A stretch of DNA of 57,974 nucleotides, the filler included, from Catajapyx aquilonaris (Eukaryota): the NCBI GenBank assembly GCA_000934665.2. It is 2 parts of 2 records of this genome, joined end to end, with 100 filler letters (N's around TTAATTAATTAA, not from the genome) between each part and the next. Parts side by side here need not be neighbours in the genome. Positions count along the whole stretch, not along the records: positions 29,133 to 57,974 come from JYFJ02004835.1; 1 more part is not named here. The stretch is one strand, 5' to 3'. Below, one piece after another: positions 46,484 to 57,974 of this stretch (position 1 is its first letter; the number at the start of each line of letters is the position of its first letter). Under the pieces are notes generated by a model. The model made no database searches, was not told the origin of the DNA, and worked only from the letters and a program-made list of their open reading frames with translations. Both the position numbers and the translations under genes were made by a program.

Positions 46484-49400
46484 TGCGCCACCTATACACT
46501 TCCCAGCTGCCATCAGAAATAATTTTCATACACGACGTCGAGTCGTTGCCTGGGAGACAGCGGTCCTCGCATATTCGCTCTGGGAATTATTGTCCTGTGT
46601 CATATAAGTGAGGGGCATTCATCCGGTCGTGTAATTAATGAAGTGTTAAAAGCGAGGGGGTTAACTTCAAGGGGAAAGTCATATGCAATGTGTATGCACG
46701 CCTGTAAACCAAGTCGCATGAATAACACACATCGTGAAATTATGAGACACCTTGTACCAGTTGTTAACTTCTGGATGTGAAGCAGAGGCCCTGCAGACTC
46801 CGGTGCATTGCAATAGTTTCTTTGTTGTCTCTCTTTAAAATGTAAATACAACCTCGAAAGGGCTCTGACTTTATTTTCCATCCGATATACAGTAACATCT
46901 ACTTGCTTTGCACTCTTCCTTTTTCGGACCTTTGTAAGGTAATTAAGCCCCCTCAGGGTGGGGTGGGTGAGAAAAAGGAGTTTCCGCGAAACTTTGTTTC
47001 GCAAAAAGTTATGCGAATCACTATAATTACACAAAATTGATTCCTGAATGCGGGGGAGTGCTTATTATTATTACAAGCAAAATGCACAAAATTACTTGTG
47101 CAATTTATTGGAAAATATTAATTGTTAATTATTAGGTAGAATTTGTTGCATACACAAAATGAGAAGTGTGTACAATACATGCTAGAGATATGAACGAAAA
47201 CATTGACGTATTTTTATGACAGCATAAAGTGTCTTCAAACATTTTCCCTCCAAATGAAAGGAAGTGTACCCTACAATGTTTTATACTAGACTTATGCCTA
47301 TAGCATGCTCTGCCATCTGCTTTTCCTAGTAATGCTATACTTTGCCCGCAAGAGTGGAATAAAAGTATTAACGGTTTGAACTATTATATAAAACAAGTAT
47401 CTGTCGAATGATAAGCAGCTTACCATTTTTTTTTTTGTTGCAAACCGCTGAAACGAATACCAGAGTTGGAGTAATTCCTACAGTCGAAGGAGCATCCCAT
47501 CAAATCTCTGAAACACAACAGTGTATACCCGCCCCAAAGGCTTGAACTTGTGTGCTTTCACATGTACTTAGTTATTAAACGAGCGCCAGGGGACTGGTTA
47601 CATACGGTAACATTTCGTACATTAGGCATGCACAGAAGTGAATTAATTATCCCTGAGAACATGCCCGATTTTTACACAACAATAAGCTAATAAAGTCTTC
47701 AATATTATATTATGCCCGGAGTCTCCCCTAAGCGAAAGGGGTCCCGATTCCCCGAGGAGTAAACCTAATAACCTCAATTATTACACTGTGTTATTAATAG
47801 TGACAAAGGGTCGGACTATAGTGTATATAAAGCACATGCAACGTAATTAATTTATTGCATAACCATTTTCATGGGCAGTTTGGTGCCAAAAGCAAGCGAT
47901 GTTTGAAGCCAGGCGTAAATGAGTTATGACGTGTACGCCTAATGAGAATTTGCTTAAAGGTCCTTTAAAAAAAATGAGCCCCCGTTTTTTTATATCTAAT
48001 CCTGGTTTTAGTGTGGGTATCTAGAACCGAGTGAGTTTAATGCCTCGGAGTTTGCTGGTTGGAGTAATGAAATAAGACGGAAGTTGTAATTTATCGGGCT
48101 CCGGGAGTTAGGGACAGAGGGCTTAAGTTTTTTGTCGATAAACTTCGTTGCTGTCGATACATATCGCTTTATCTCTTTCAATCTTCATCAGTCTCTGTCG
48201 CCCTTAATATTGCCAGGCTGTAAAAGCCCCCTCCTATTTATCCGACCGGAGTCGTGTAGTGTTTCTGGTCGATCCAACAGTGAGCAGTACAAGCTAGGTT
48301 GGGAGAATGTCATCCAGTCTAGTGCTTGTAAAGTTTGCATTCAAGGTATATACTGCGCTTATTGTAATAATTGATGGGTGTGAGATACGAGGCAAAAATT
48401 CAGGCATTTTTCTCGACTTTGTTGGAGAAAAAAACCAGCAGACCTGCAATGATCATTGTTGTTATTGTTCTTCCATGTTAATGTTAATTTTTAATTTCAG
48501 GTTAGTACTTCTGCACCGTCCGTGCAACTAACAAGATACATTGAAACGTGGTGTTGAGCAGGGTGAACCGGTGAGTGAACAGTCAAGAAAATGATGCTAA
48601 CAACAAAAGGTGACAAGCGTCAGGTGTCGTGTTGCATATCCGAGAAGTGCGTGTTTAGCCTGGATTGATTTGGCTCTGGCTTGAGAACGTGTGACAAAGT
48701 CTGAAATGGTGTCGGATCAGGAGGAATTCTGTTGGTGCGTGCTGTGGGGGGCTACTGACAGGCCTTTTTTCATGGGCCAAAATAGCTGGCAAAGGAAAAG
48801 ACTGGTCCTCGGAAATGCCTATCTTGTCTTTCCTTCCTAATTGTTTTTTTTTCTCCCCCGCTTCTTTTTCTCCTCCGTTGCTTTTCTGCCCCCACTTGTC
48901 CTTTTTTTCTGTTTCTATTTTTTTTTTGTTGTTAACGGCACGCTGAGCAGAGACACTGGGTGCCCATAAATTATCAGGTTTAGTGGTGGAAGCACTTTTA
49001 CAGTGGGCATTAGTTTCGTCGTAAGTTATTTTGGAAGCCTTCATGCTTTTCTACAACAATATTTAACTGGCCGTTCAGGAATTTCAAGTTGGGACATCTG
49101 TATTTCTAATTGGGGGGGCTTTATACATGCCAGGATAGTTTCACAGCTCGTGAATATAGTTATTTTGACAGTTGTTAACGCAACAAGATAGGCCTGTAAA
49201 CTGATGCTATGATAATTCTCCTGAGGGAACTGGCACAATTCAGTGGACAAGTTTCAGATTTCGTTACATTTCATGATGGAAGCCCTCTCCGCATTGCGTG
49301 GGATTTCTGCAGGATTTCAACAAATCCCCTGCTGATTCCTTCAGATTCCCTCCAGGATTTCCATCTTCCCCGCAGTGGCATTTCGCCTTCTTCTCCTCCT

Positions 49401-52400
49401 CCTCTCTTTTTTGTTCCCAGCGAGAGAAAAGGAACCTCATGTCAGGGAGTGAAAATTAGCCCCGATATGTTAATCAGGTCGAAGTCGCGCAGTTGCCGAG
49501 AAACGTGGTCTGATGCTGAAAATTCTCGCGGTTTGGAAAAAAAAGAAGGAAGAAAAAAAAAAGAAGAAGGGAAAAGTGCTGAGCGGAGTGAAGTATTGGA
49601 CGGGGAAAGCCAAGTGTAAAATGAAGGGAAAGGAGAAAGCAGAGTCAGGAATGGTCCATTGGAGGTGTGACTTGCCAGCTTTACAGCCGACCCAGGCCTT
49701 TAATCACGGTTTCCAAGTTACAGTTTGCTGGGTTTCTCTCTCTGGCGCAGAGAAGTAAGAAGAGAGAAAAGGAAGAAGAAGAAAAAAAAAGAGTTGGCTT
49801 GGCTTAACTTGGCCCCCGAAATGGAGGCCGACGGAAAATGAAGGAGGGGTAGAAGTAGAGACGAAGAAGAAGAAGAAGAAGAAGGAAAAAATATCGTGGG
49901 TTGGAAGTAACTCGGAAGCGAGAGGAGAGTCTCCGCTTCCAAACGCATGAATTTTTTAGATCTCAGAAAAAGGAGAAGAAAAAAAAGATGGGAATGTACA
50001 GTATGGGAAAGAACCGGTGAAAAATGTATCGCGATTATGAAGTCAGACTGCACTGCAGTTGTACAGGAGTATACACTTAGGAGCCGGACAAATATGGGAA
50101 TATTTGACTAAAAATGCAGGATGATATTGATACGAAAAAATAGTGGTACACTAGTAGTGAAGTTGTTGCCAAAATTTGGCAACACTGCCCAGCCCTGTAC
50201 TGTACAATGGTGGAAATTAATGGCGAAGCACAAGTATCGCCGCCTGGCGCAGCTTTTCCTTTACACGAAGCTGCTTCATGTAAACTGATATGCCACAACT
50301 AGGTGGTGCGCATGCACACTACTGTCCTTCCAAGTCGTAACTACATGCATCTAGGTGATGAGTCAACTCGTGTAGGGACAAAGCCACGCCAACTGAGTTT
50401 CAACACTATATTTTTTGCATTTTGGTAACAAATATTACGTTGACGCCTAACAAAGGGTGTTGCTACTGGAGAACATTTAGAATTAGCAGTGACAAAATCG
50501 GTGTACTTTTTTTGCCTCACACTGTACATCCAATTACTTGCGCTCTGCCAGCGTAATTGCGTTTGGGGAGGGATTTCGACCCGGGTCACACGCAACTGGG
50601 TCCGGTCACTCGATTTTCGGCACGAATTTTAGAGATAACAATATTGCTGGGGGTGTAGGCGCGTGTAACAGGATCAAACCGACCCGGGTCATTCTTGACA
50701 CATGTTATTGCACAGCTAGTCGAGTGCAAAAAAAAGTACAAAAAATTTTGCAATGGTCTGGGAGGGGTCTGGTCTCGCTCAAAACCCATCTCTCTCTACT
50801 CGCATTTCGCACACTCCATTTGGTGTTGGGGAGAGGGGGCTTTAAGCCTCTCATTCCGCGAAACCGACTCACGTTTCACTTGCTGGAATTTCCGCAAACT
50901 CTGGGGGGCTTCAAGTGTATGTGGTGCCATCCCGCAGACCGGGGAATAAATTAATGTAAAAAAAATAATACATGTATAGCCGTGGACATTGCTTGCGATG
51001 CTAATTTTATTGTGGAAGCATGAGCCACGTCGTGAATAATTTTGTGTTGCAGGATGCAAGCCAAATGTATGCTTTGTTTTTTAAAAAAAACCTAGCTGTG
51101 CCCTCTGCGGTCTTTTAAAAAATAAAATAATACACAGTATATACCGAGGGTTGAATTTTAGCTGGCTATATTCCTAGGCATCCAAGTACACGTTCCGCAT
51201 AATTATACAAGCACTGCGTATGTTGGTGCGGAAGTTTCACTGTAAAAATAGTAGGTTACAGGATAAAGAGGACCTAATTAATAAATTAGTGTCGGAACTG
51301 CGCGGCTATTGAGTCGAAATGTACGGATAATTGACATAGTTTTGCGACTACAATGATGGTTACATTAAATATTTAATATTTTCATACACTGTACTGTGGG
51401 TTGGTGCACCACTACAGATTTTTTTTTCTAATCATTGTTATGTGCAATTTTTTTTCGTATTGTTTTGATATTATCGACGCTTTCTAGTGCTTCTAAATTG
51501 CTTCGTGTTTTTCAATTTTGTAATTATGTACAGTATTTGTAACTAGCACTCGTATATTTGGCTTCGCACCTGAAACCACATAATAAATTGAAACAACATT
51601 AATGTTGGAAATAAGGCTTGATATTATTATATACATGTAAAATTACAAGTTTACCAATAATAACATTAGCATTGAACGTCAATCATCGTTTGCTATTGAT
51701 GAATATGAATTAAACGGCCGTATAGCAACGCTACTTTTGCGAATGTGGTTACCTGTCAGCTTTGCAACTAAAATGGCAACACACGTTAATCTAATTTATA
51801 TATGAAACGTTGCTGATTTGGCGTGTGGTATTTATTTACACAAGTAACATTGTTGTTAAATTGATGTTCTATAACTGACTTGCATTGCACCTTTGAAGAA
51901 TTGACCAATTGGTTAAGCAAAAGGTATCTAATTTAGTAGTAAGTTCAAGAAAAGAAAATATCACAAAATTACAGGTTTTCCCTGCTGTATATTAATTTAC
52001 TTCTGCCATATACTTGCCCCAACCAAATTTAAGCACAAGCTCATTAAATTACAGTGACATTTGTAAATCGCACTGTGTAATGCGATGCGAACAAAGGGCT
52101 GCTGAATCAATACTGTTCGGTATTAATACAGATGTGCACACACGTCCAAACACACTGGGATTCAAGTGATAATTTTTCTGATTTTGGTTGACTTAGATTC
52201 GATCATCCTGAATGGCCATGTTCACATGAAATCAGATGTTGGCAAAATTTACAGTCAACCAGATAGTATCCTCGATGCTAATTCGCTTGTTGTTGCAGGT
52301 GCCGGAGCAAATGTTGCGATTTGAAGTCATACACATTCAAGTGCATCACTGACACATCCCAACCCGATTTATTATGTCCGACATCATCTGACTATTTAAT

Positions 52401-55129
52401 CAGGCCGCGACTAGAAAAGCCATGGGGATCGCGATGGAAAAAGGCGTGAATATTTCAGCCAGTCCGTTTCTGCGTGACTGACCTGCTGATAATAATTTTA
52501 AAACCGCATGTCCAGGTCCGTTTCGGATCAGGTTTTGCCCGCCAGGACAGACACACACACAGAGAGAAAGGTCTATTTCAGCGATAGTCGGGGACTATCG
52601 CTCTTTAATAATACATGTAGTGGTGGACGCGACTCCGTTTGGTGTATCTGCACAGCGAGTATATTCACAGCAAGGCTTGGGACCGAACCCTGCAATATAG
52701 GATGCGGAATTTCTGAGATTCTCTGAAATACAAAGAATAAAAATGGCTTATTCAAAATCCAGATTTATGCAAGTGTGAGTGCACGTAATTTATTTTAGAA
52801 AATTTTAGGAAAGAGGGACTGCTTTTGCTGCGGACTGTGTTGCAAAAGCACGAATTCTTGCGGGAAATATCAAAAGCTAGTACAGTATGTTGGGAAGGAA
52901 AGGTATTTGAGGTCAAGCAGCACTCGTCGAAATTTGGCGCTTTAGTTGGTTTCATTTTGATGCATGGTCGGAAATTCAAGAGGACATCTTACTAGCCGTG
53001 TTCTTGACTCAGCTTCAGCGACTTTTTAGAAAGAAAATTTAGGGCGATTGGATTCGATTGAGAGAAGTCAGGAGTTAAAATCACTCCAAAATGTGCTGAT
53101 GGAAATGGTAACTATGTCGTTGTCTTTTCTAGTTGATTTATTCAGCTGAGATCACATTTTAATTAATACCATGTCCAACGAATTTCTGATTTTTTTTTGT
53201 TCATGCGATCAAAGAATTTCAACTGCCTCTCATCCGGGGGAAAAAAAACTCCCCTCGGTATTTTTCTGCAGACAAAATTCGCAATTAAACCGGTGACATT
53301 GCATGGAATCCATTTGAGAGCAGTGGACGCATAAAGGAATGGCAATCTCGTATAGCGCCTTTCTGACCACTGCCTTTCAGAGGCGTTCGAAATGCATGAA
53401 AATGGGAACTGGATGATTCGCGGAGTCCGTCATTCCCAGGGCACCAGGCAGGGTTCTAGTTAGCAGAAAGTGGCAGGACCCAATTTCCAGGAGAAAGGGA
53501 CTTTTTGGTGGAGTAGAAGAAGAGAGAGAGGGGTGGAAAAAAAAAGCCGAAAGAGGAATCCTCTCCGGATCCATTTCCCTGGAGAACTCTACTATTGGTC
53601 CTGGACCATGATGGATGGACGGAAACTCGGCCAAGAGTTACTTGTAACTACACGGGGAGCACCTCCTATGGCCTCCCTGCAGTTAGTCACTCAAGGCCTG
53701 TGGCTACATAACGTCATCCCCAGGCCATGTTTGCATTTCCCGAAGTGATGATGAACACTCGAGGAGGTTTATGAGTTTGAATTACGTCGTCGCTGGGATG
53801 GAGGCAGAGGGAGAGAGCTCGATGCTGTTACGTGTTGCAGAGTTAACTTGGTCGGTTTGTGACAGACGTCACAGGCTTGGGGGAAATTGCGGGGTTGCTA
53901 TGGTTGTCTGCTGCTACCCAGAACGTTCATTTCATACGGTTTTGGGCTATACCGACGCTTTAAGAGAACATCTGATTTCGTCTGCGGACAGGTAGTGTCC
54001 GCGGTCCTCAGCTTACATTTTGCATTGGTTGAGCTAAGTAATTCCCCAAAATCCCAGACCAATGCTAGCACCCACATTCCGTTTTTTTTCAATGCAAAAC
54101 ATGGTAGGTTTGGGTTACAAGGTGCAATTCGGATAGGGAGTGCCACCTTTTTGTACCCGATCCTATCTTGAAACCAATACCCCACCCTCTCCCTGTATCC
54201 GTCCCGCCCACCCTTTTTGTTTGGGCAGGTCCGAAGGAATTTTTATGCCCGAATTTGCCACTCTTGAGAGAGCAGGAAGGTCCTTTGGTAGAGGAGCAAA
54301 GCATGTATATCGGGGCGTAAAAGGCCTTTTCCTGGGTGGAGGAATGCTCGTGGAAAACCACCCCCCATCCATATAACCCTCCCCCACACGTTCACTCTTG
54401 ACTTTGTGACGACGGACGGGAATGTAAGGGCTAAGAATTTTGGTCGGTGTCCTTCTCTGGAGTTGGCAGCAGCTGCCTCTGACACTTGGGCCGCGAATCT
54501 CTTCCGGAATTTCTTTTCCTCCATATCCACCCCCCCCCCCCCACCACCACCCAAAAAAGGAGGAATGGGGGGTAAGGTCCTGCCAGCTGTCGGAGAAGGA
54601 AAAGTAGTTTTCTCAAAGTGGCTATTCCGCCCTCTCTTCTCAAACCTCAGGAAAATCTCCACCCTCTTTTCCTCTAAGGATACTTTTCCTTATATATAGA
54701 TGCAGATGAACGATGTTCCAATTCAATTGCACCCGATTTGGGCAATTTAAACAGCTGGCATGAAAACAGAATATTTCACACCTTGTAGATAATAATTACG
54801 GTAGTTGCATTGAGGTTAATTCTGTGCATTATTGTCATAGTGACAAGCAACTGCCAAGAGCTGAAGCATGTTCATATATGACCTGAGGTAATTACGGGTA
54901 ATTATTTGCACTGGTTATTTCTTCATGTGGTAAGTCATATATTTTGTCAAATTTTATCCCTATTTTTATTATTCGACCCGAGTCTCCTGCATTGGTGACA
55001 TTTTAAAATGGGACAGTCATGATGGTTTGTTTTTCAAGCTGCTTCTATCTTGTGTTTTAATTACAAGCATAGAAAAATATTTCAGATCGAGTCTTGTTAC
55101 TAATCAGTGATACTTGGTAAGAGCAAAGT

Positions 55130-55201
55130 TGTACAGTCTCAAGGTACTGATTTTTGACAAGCACTTCTGCTTGTCAAAAATCAGTACCTTGAGACTGTAC
55201 A
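55130..55201. repeat. Perfect 34-bp-stem hairpin with a 4-nt loop
   Basis: TGTACAGTCTCAAGGTACTGATTTTTGACAAGCA-CTTC-TGCTTGTCAAAAATCAGTACCTTGAGACTGTACA. Confidence 0.92.
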
Positions 55202-57974
55202 GCTTCATTAACCCTGAAGCTAATTATCCACCTTCCTGTTATTCCAAGAGCTTACTTTGCACGAGTAATCTTGAGCCATCCGTGCATATATACTATACAG
55301 GTTCCTACAATATTTGTTTTAATCCGAATCGACTCATTAGGCCAAGAGGCACTTCTACACTAACTTATTCTGTAGGAAGTAAGACCCTCTCAGGAAAGCT
55401 ATCGAGTAGGCCTATTTTTACAATACCTGGGCTACTTTTTATTTTATTATTTTTTTTTCGTGACGAGTCACTTAAAAAATTAGATCTTTGTCCTATACTT
55501 GGCAAGAATGGATCCTGTTTTCTCTACGTCCCGAATTTTTTTTCCGCTTCTTTTCTTTTGAAAAAGTGGATAGAAGGGAAAGGCTTGGGAGGCTGGGGAA
55601 ATGAGGCGGGAAAAGATAACCAGTTTGTCTCACACGGGCTGACTGTTGGAAAATTGGAGGGGGGTAGAGAGCGAGAGTGTCGCCAGCCCCCTTTTTCCCC
55701 CCTAATTTTTCACTGGGGTCCTTATCTCGAAATGCATTCTGGACTTTGCTCGGGAGTCATAAAATGGATAAACACGCTCGGAGACCGGAAGCAACCGAGT
55801 CAGCGCTTAGGGGGTCACATAATTGAAGGGGGTGGGAGACGATTTATTGCCGACCGAGGAAATTCTTGGCTCCTAAAAATGAGATGTTAAATAGAGGAAA
55901 TTGTTTGGGCGGGTACAGTGATATTGCACTGTGCACAAGTTTCGTACATTTGTGTTGGCGTAGATTTTTCTCTGGATTTAACAGTGGCTTCTGAATGACC
56001 CTGTGCATGATAAAGAAGTGAAATATGAGGTGCTCTATAAGAAGGCCATTTTACGAGGCTTGAAATTAATGTGGATTTTCCCCCCGAAGCACATCTCATG
56101 GCCTAATTTTGTCTTTAAAAAGTTTTCAAATATTGATCAGCCCTTTTTTGATTACGCTCCGAGTTTCGCTTTTCCGAAAAAGATGGATTGCGCCGTGTCT
56201 ATACTTGCCTCTGAGGAATGGCAATATTTGAAGGCTTCGTTTTTGCAAGGGGGAAAAAATTGCGGTACTGAAGTAGTGGATGANGGGGGGAGTGGGGGGA
56301 GTGGGGGAGGGAAGAGCATCGATTGGGTGCTGGCAAGAAGCCCTGGGGTAGGGTGAGGAAGAAGACGAGAACTGTCTGAATCCTGAGGGAATGGGATTTG
56401 TTCCTTTGGAGTGGGTTCCGCCTCCCCTTTCTACCCTTCATGCCCTCCCTTAAAGATAGGGATATCCGCACAGGGTGGTTCACTATCCATGTCCACAGTT
56501 CATGAAAGGAGCAACCCAACAACCGGTTTACGAAGAAACCCTTTTGGCAGGAATAATCATTAATTTTGTCGTTGTAATGATGGGAGAGATTGGCTAATTT
56601 GCGGTTGCTATAACGAATCAGCACTATACGTTCAGTAATTATTCGTAATAAAAGAATGCAAAACTTTGATGACAAAATTATCAATAGGGACTACAAATTC
56701 TGCTGATTTCCTAGGCTAAACTTCATTTACTAACGTTACTATAGGACTTTATCAACTAAAATGATTAATGAAAAATTAGTGTTTGCACGTGCCAAAAATT
56801 AGCAGGAAATAATTGAGTGGTCTGAGATAAAAAAAAACAGCCAAGTCCACTTTCGGGGGTTTAACACAAATACGTGCAGCAATTATGTATTGTATGATGT
56901 ATTTTGGTATTAATTGCACATCTGCGTATGTATCTGAGCTGCGGAAACATATGTACGTGAAAAGTTTCACTACTGTACCAGTGAAGGTAAGTAGGCTATT
57001 CATAAGTTTTTTGCTCATTTTATGACCAGTTTTTCCGATCGGACTTGCCTGATTTTGATCTCAAATCCCTCAATTATATAACCTTAGAATGACAACATTT
57101 CCACGAATTAAGAGCTATGTTGATGCTAAAATTGGCATTTAAAATAGAAGATTTTAAATTAGCAATTTTTCTTCACAGTGCTGAGATCGTTTCCTTCTTT
57201 TAAATTGGTTTCTGGAATTTATGATCCAAAGCTTCTTCGCCTATTATTATCTTTCTCGTGCACTGCAGACTTGGTGAGTGCTCCACCCTGTACATCCTGT
57301 CTGGAGGGCCGTTCCTCCCAGGTGAAGATAAGGCTCCCTCTTAAAGATTTTGGCGAAAATTATACCGCAGTCATCATCATCATCATTGCAAGCGACACTT
57401 ATCGGCGGGTTGGATGTTTTGTCCCAACCGTTTATTTTATTTACGGCTCACATATCCGTCCTTCCAACTTTTGTGTCGTGGATACAAGTGAGTGGGGAGG
57501 GTTGGTATATATATATATAGTAGTGTGTCGGGGGTCCGGATTGGGTCGAGCCAAATTGTCTATAGCTGGAACCAAATCCTTCCAAACAGTCCGAGTCTAA
57601 ATCCGCCTCAAATGGAGCCACTCCCTTCTCCCCAACGGATATTTTCCACGATTAGACCTAAAAGAGAGAGATCCTAGAGAGAGAAGAGTGGGAGATATAA
57701 AGTCTCTCTCTCCTGTTGTCTTTTTTTATGGCCCCTCTCTTGCTCAGTTCATGTCACTCGGAATAACTTTCTTTTTGGTGTTATTGCTCAGAGGTTTGCT
57801 CGATAGTATATATCGCTGTGAGAACTGCGAGGAATGATGCATTCTCGAACAAATCGACCCATATTATAATATATTTAAAAAAAAACAACGATGGGTATGA
57901 GATAAAAAAATTGCCGTCTACTTTTGGGGTGTCTAACACACAAATACGTACAGCAATTATGCATTTTAATGTCA

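Noticed and set aside
55114..55890. 258-aa ORF
   Set aside because: Non-ATG start, runs through the perfect hairpin and T-rich low-complexity tracts, and shows no recognisable domain.
57655..57720. GA/TC-rich foldback reminiscent of a miR-14 precursor
   Set aside because: Low complexity and does not match the mature miR-14 sequence as I recall it.
1..57974. CRISPR array, rRNA, or prokaryotic/viral insert
   Set aside because: No regularly spaced repeat-spacer structure, rRNA motif or operon-like ORF packing was seen.

Overview
Eukaryotic, most likely arthropod/insect, genomic DNA. The two halves are joined by an artificial 100-nt spacer (44 N + TTAATTAATTAA + 44 N, 29033-29132), so they may not be adjacent in the genome. 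The left half (1-29032) is gene-dense and visibly CpG-poor. It holds the last four exons of flightless-I, an intronless EMRE/SMDT1 gene head-to-head with a 12-exon GGA clathrin-adaptor gene (183 bp between ATGs), and a two-exon ~569-aa LRR protein with an N-terminal BC-box-like motif. Its introns are either ~60-80 nt or inflated by nested MITEs (mariner, pogo/Tigger, piggyBac, Harbinger, Kolobok-like) and tRNA-derived SINEs. The right half (29133-57974) is CpG-rich and has no convincing protein-coding gene. It carries a palindromic MITE family with 7-bp TSDs, Tc1-like MITEs, several near-perfect hairpins, a dense transcription-factor motif cluster and possible non-coding exons. All calls come from reading the sequence by eye; no searches were run.
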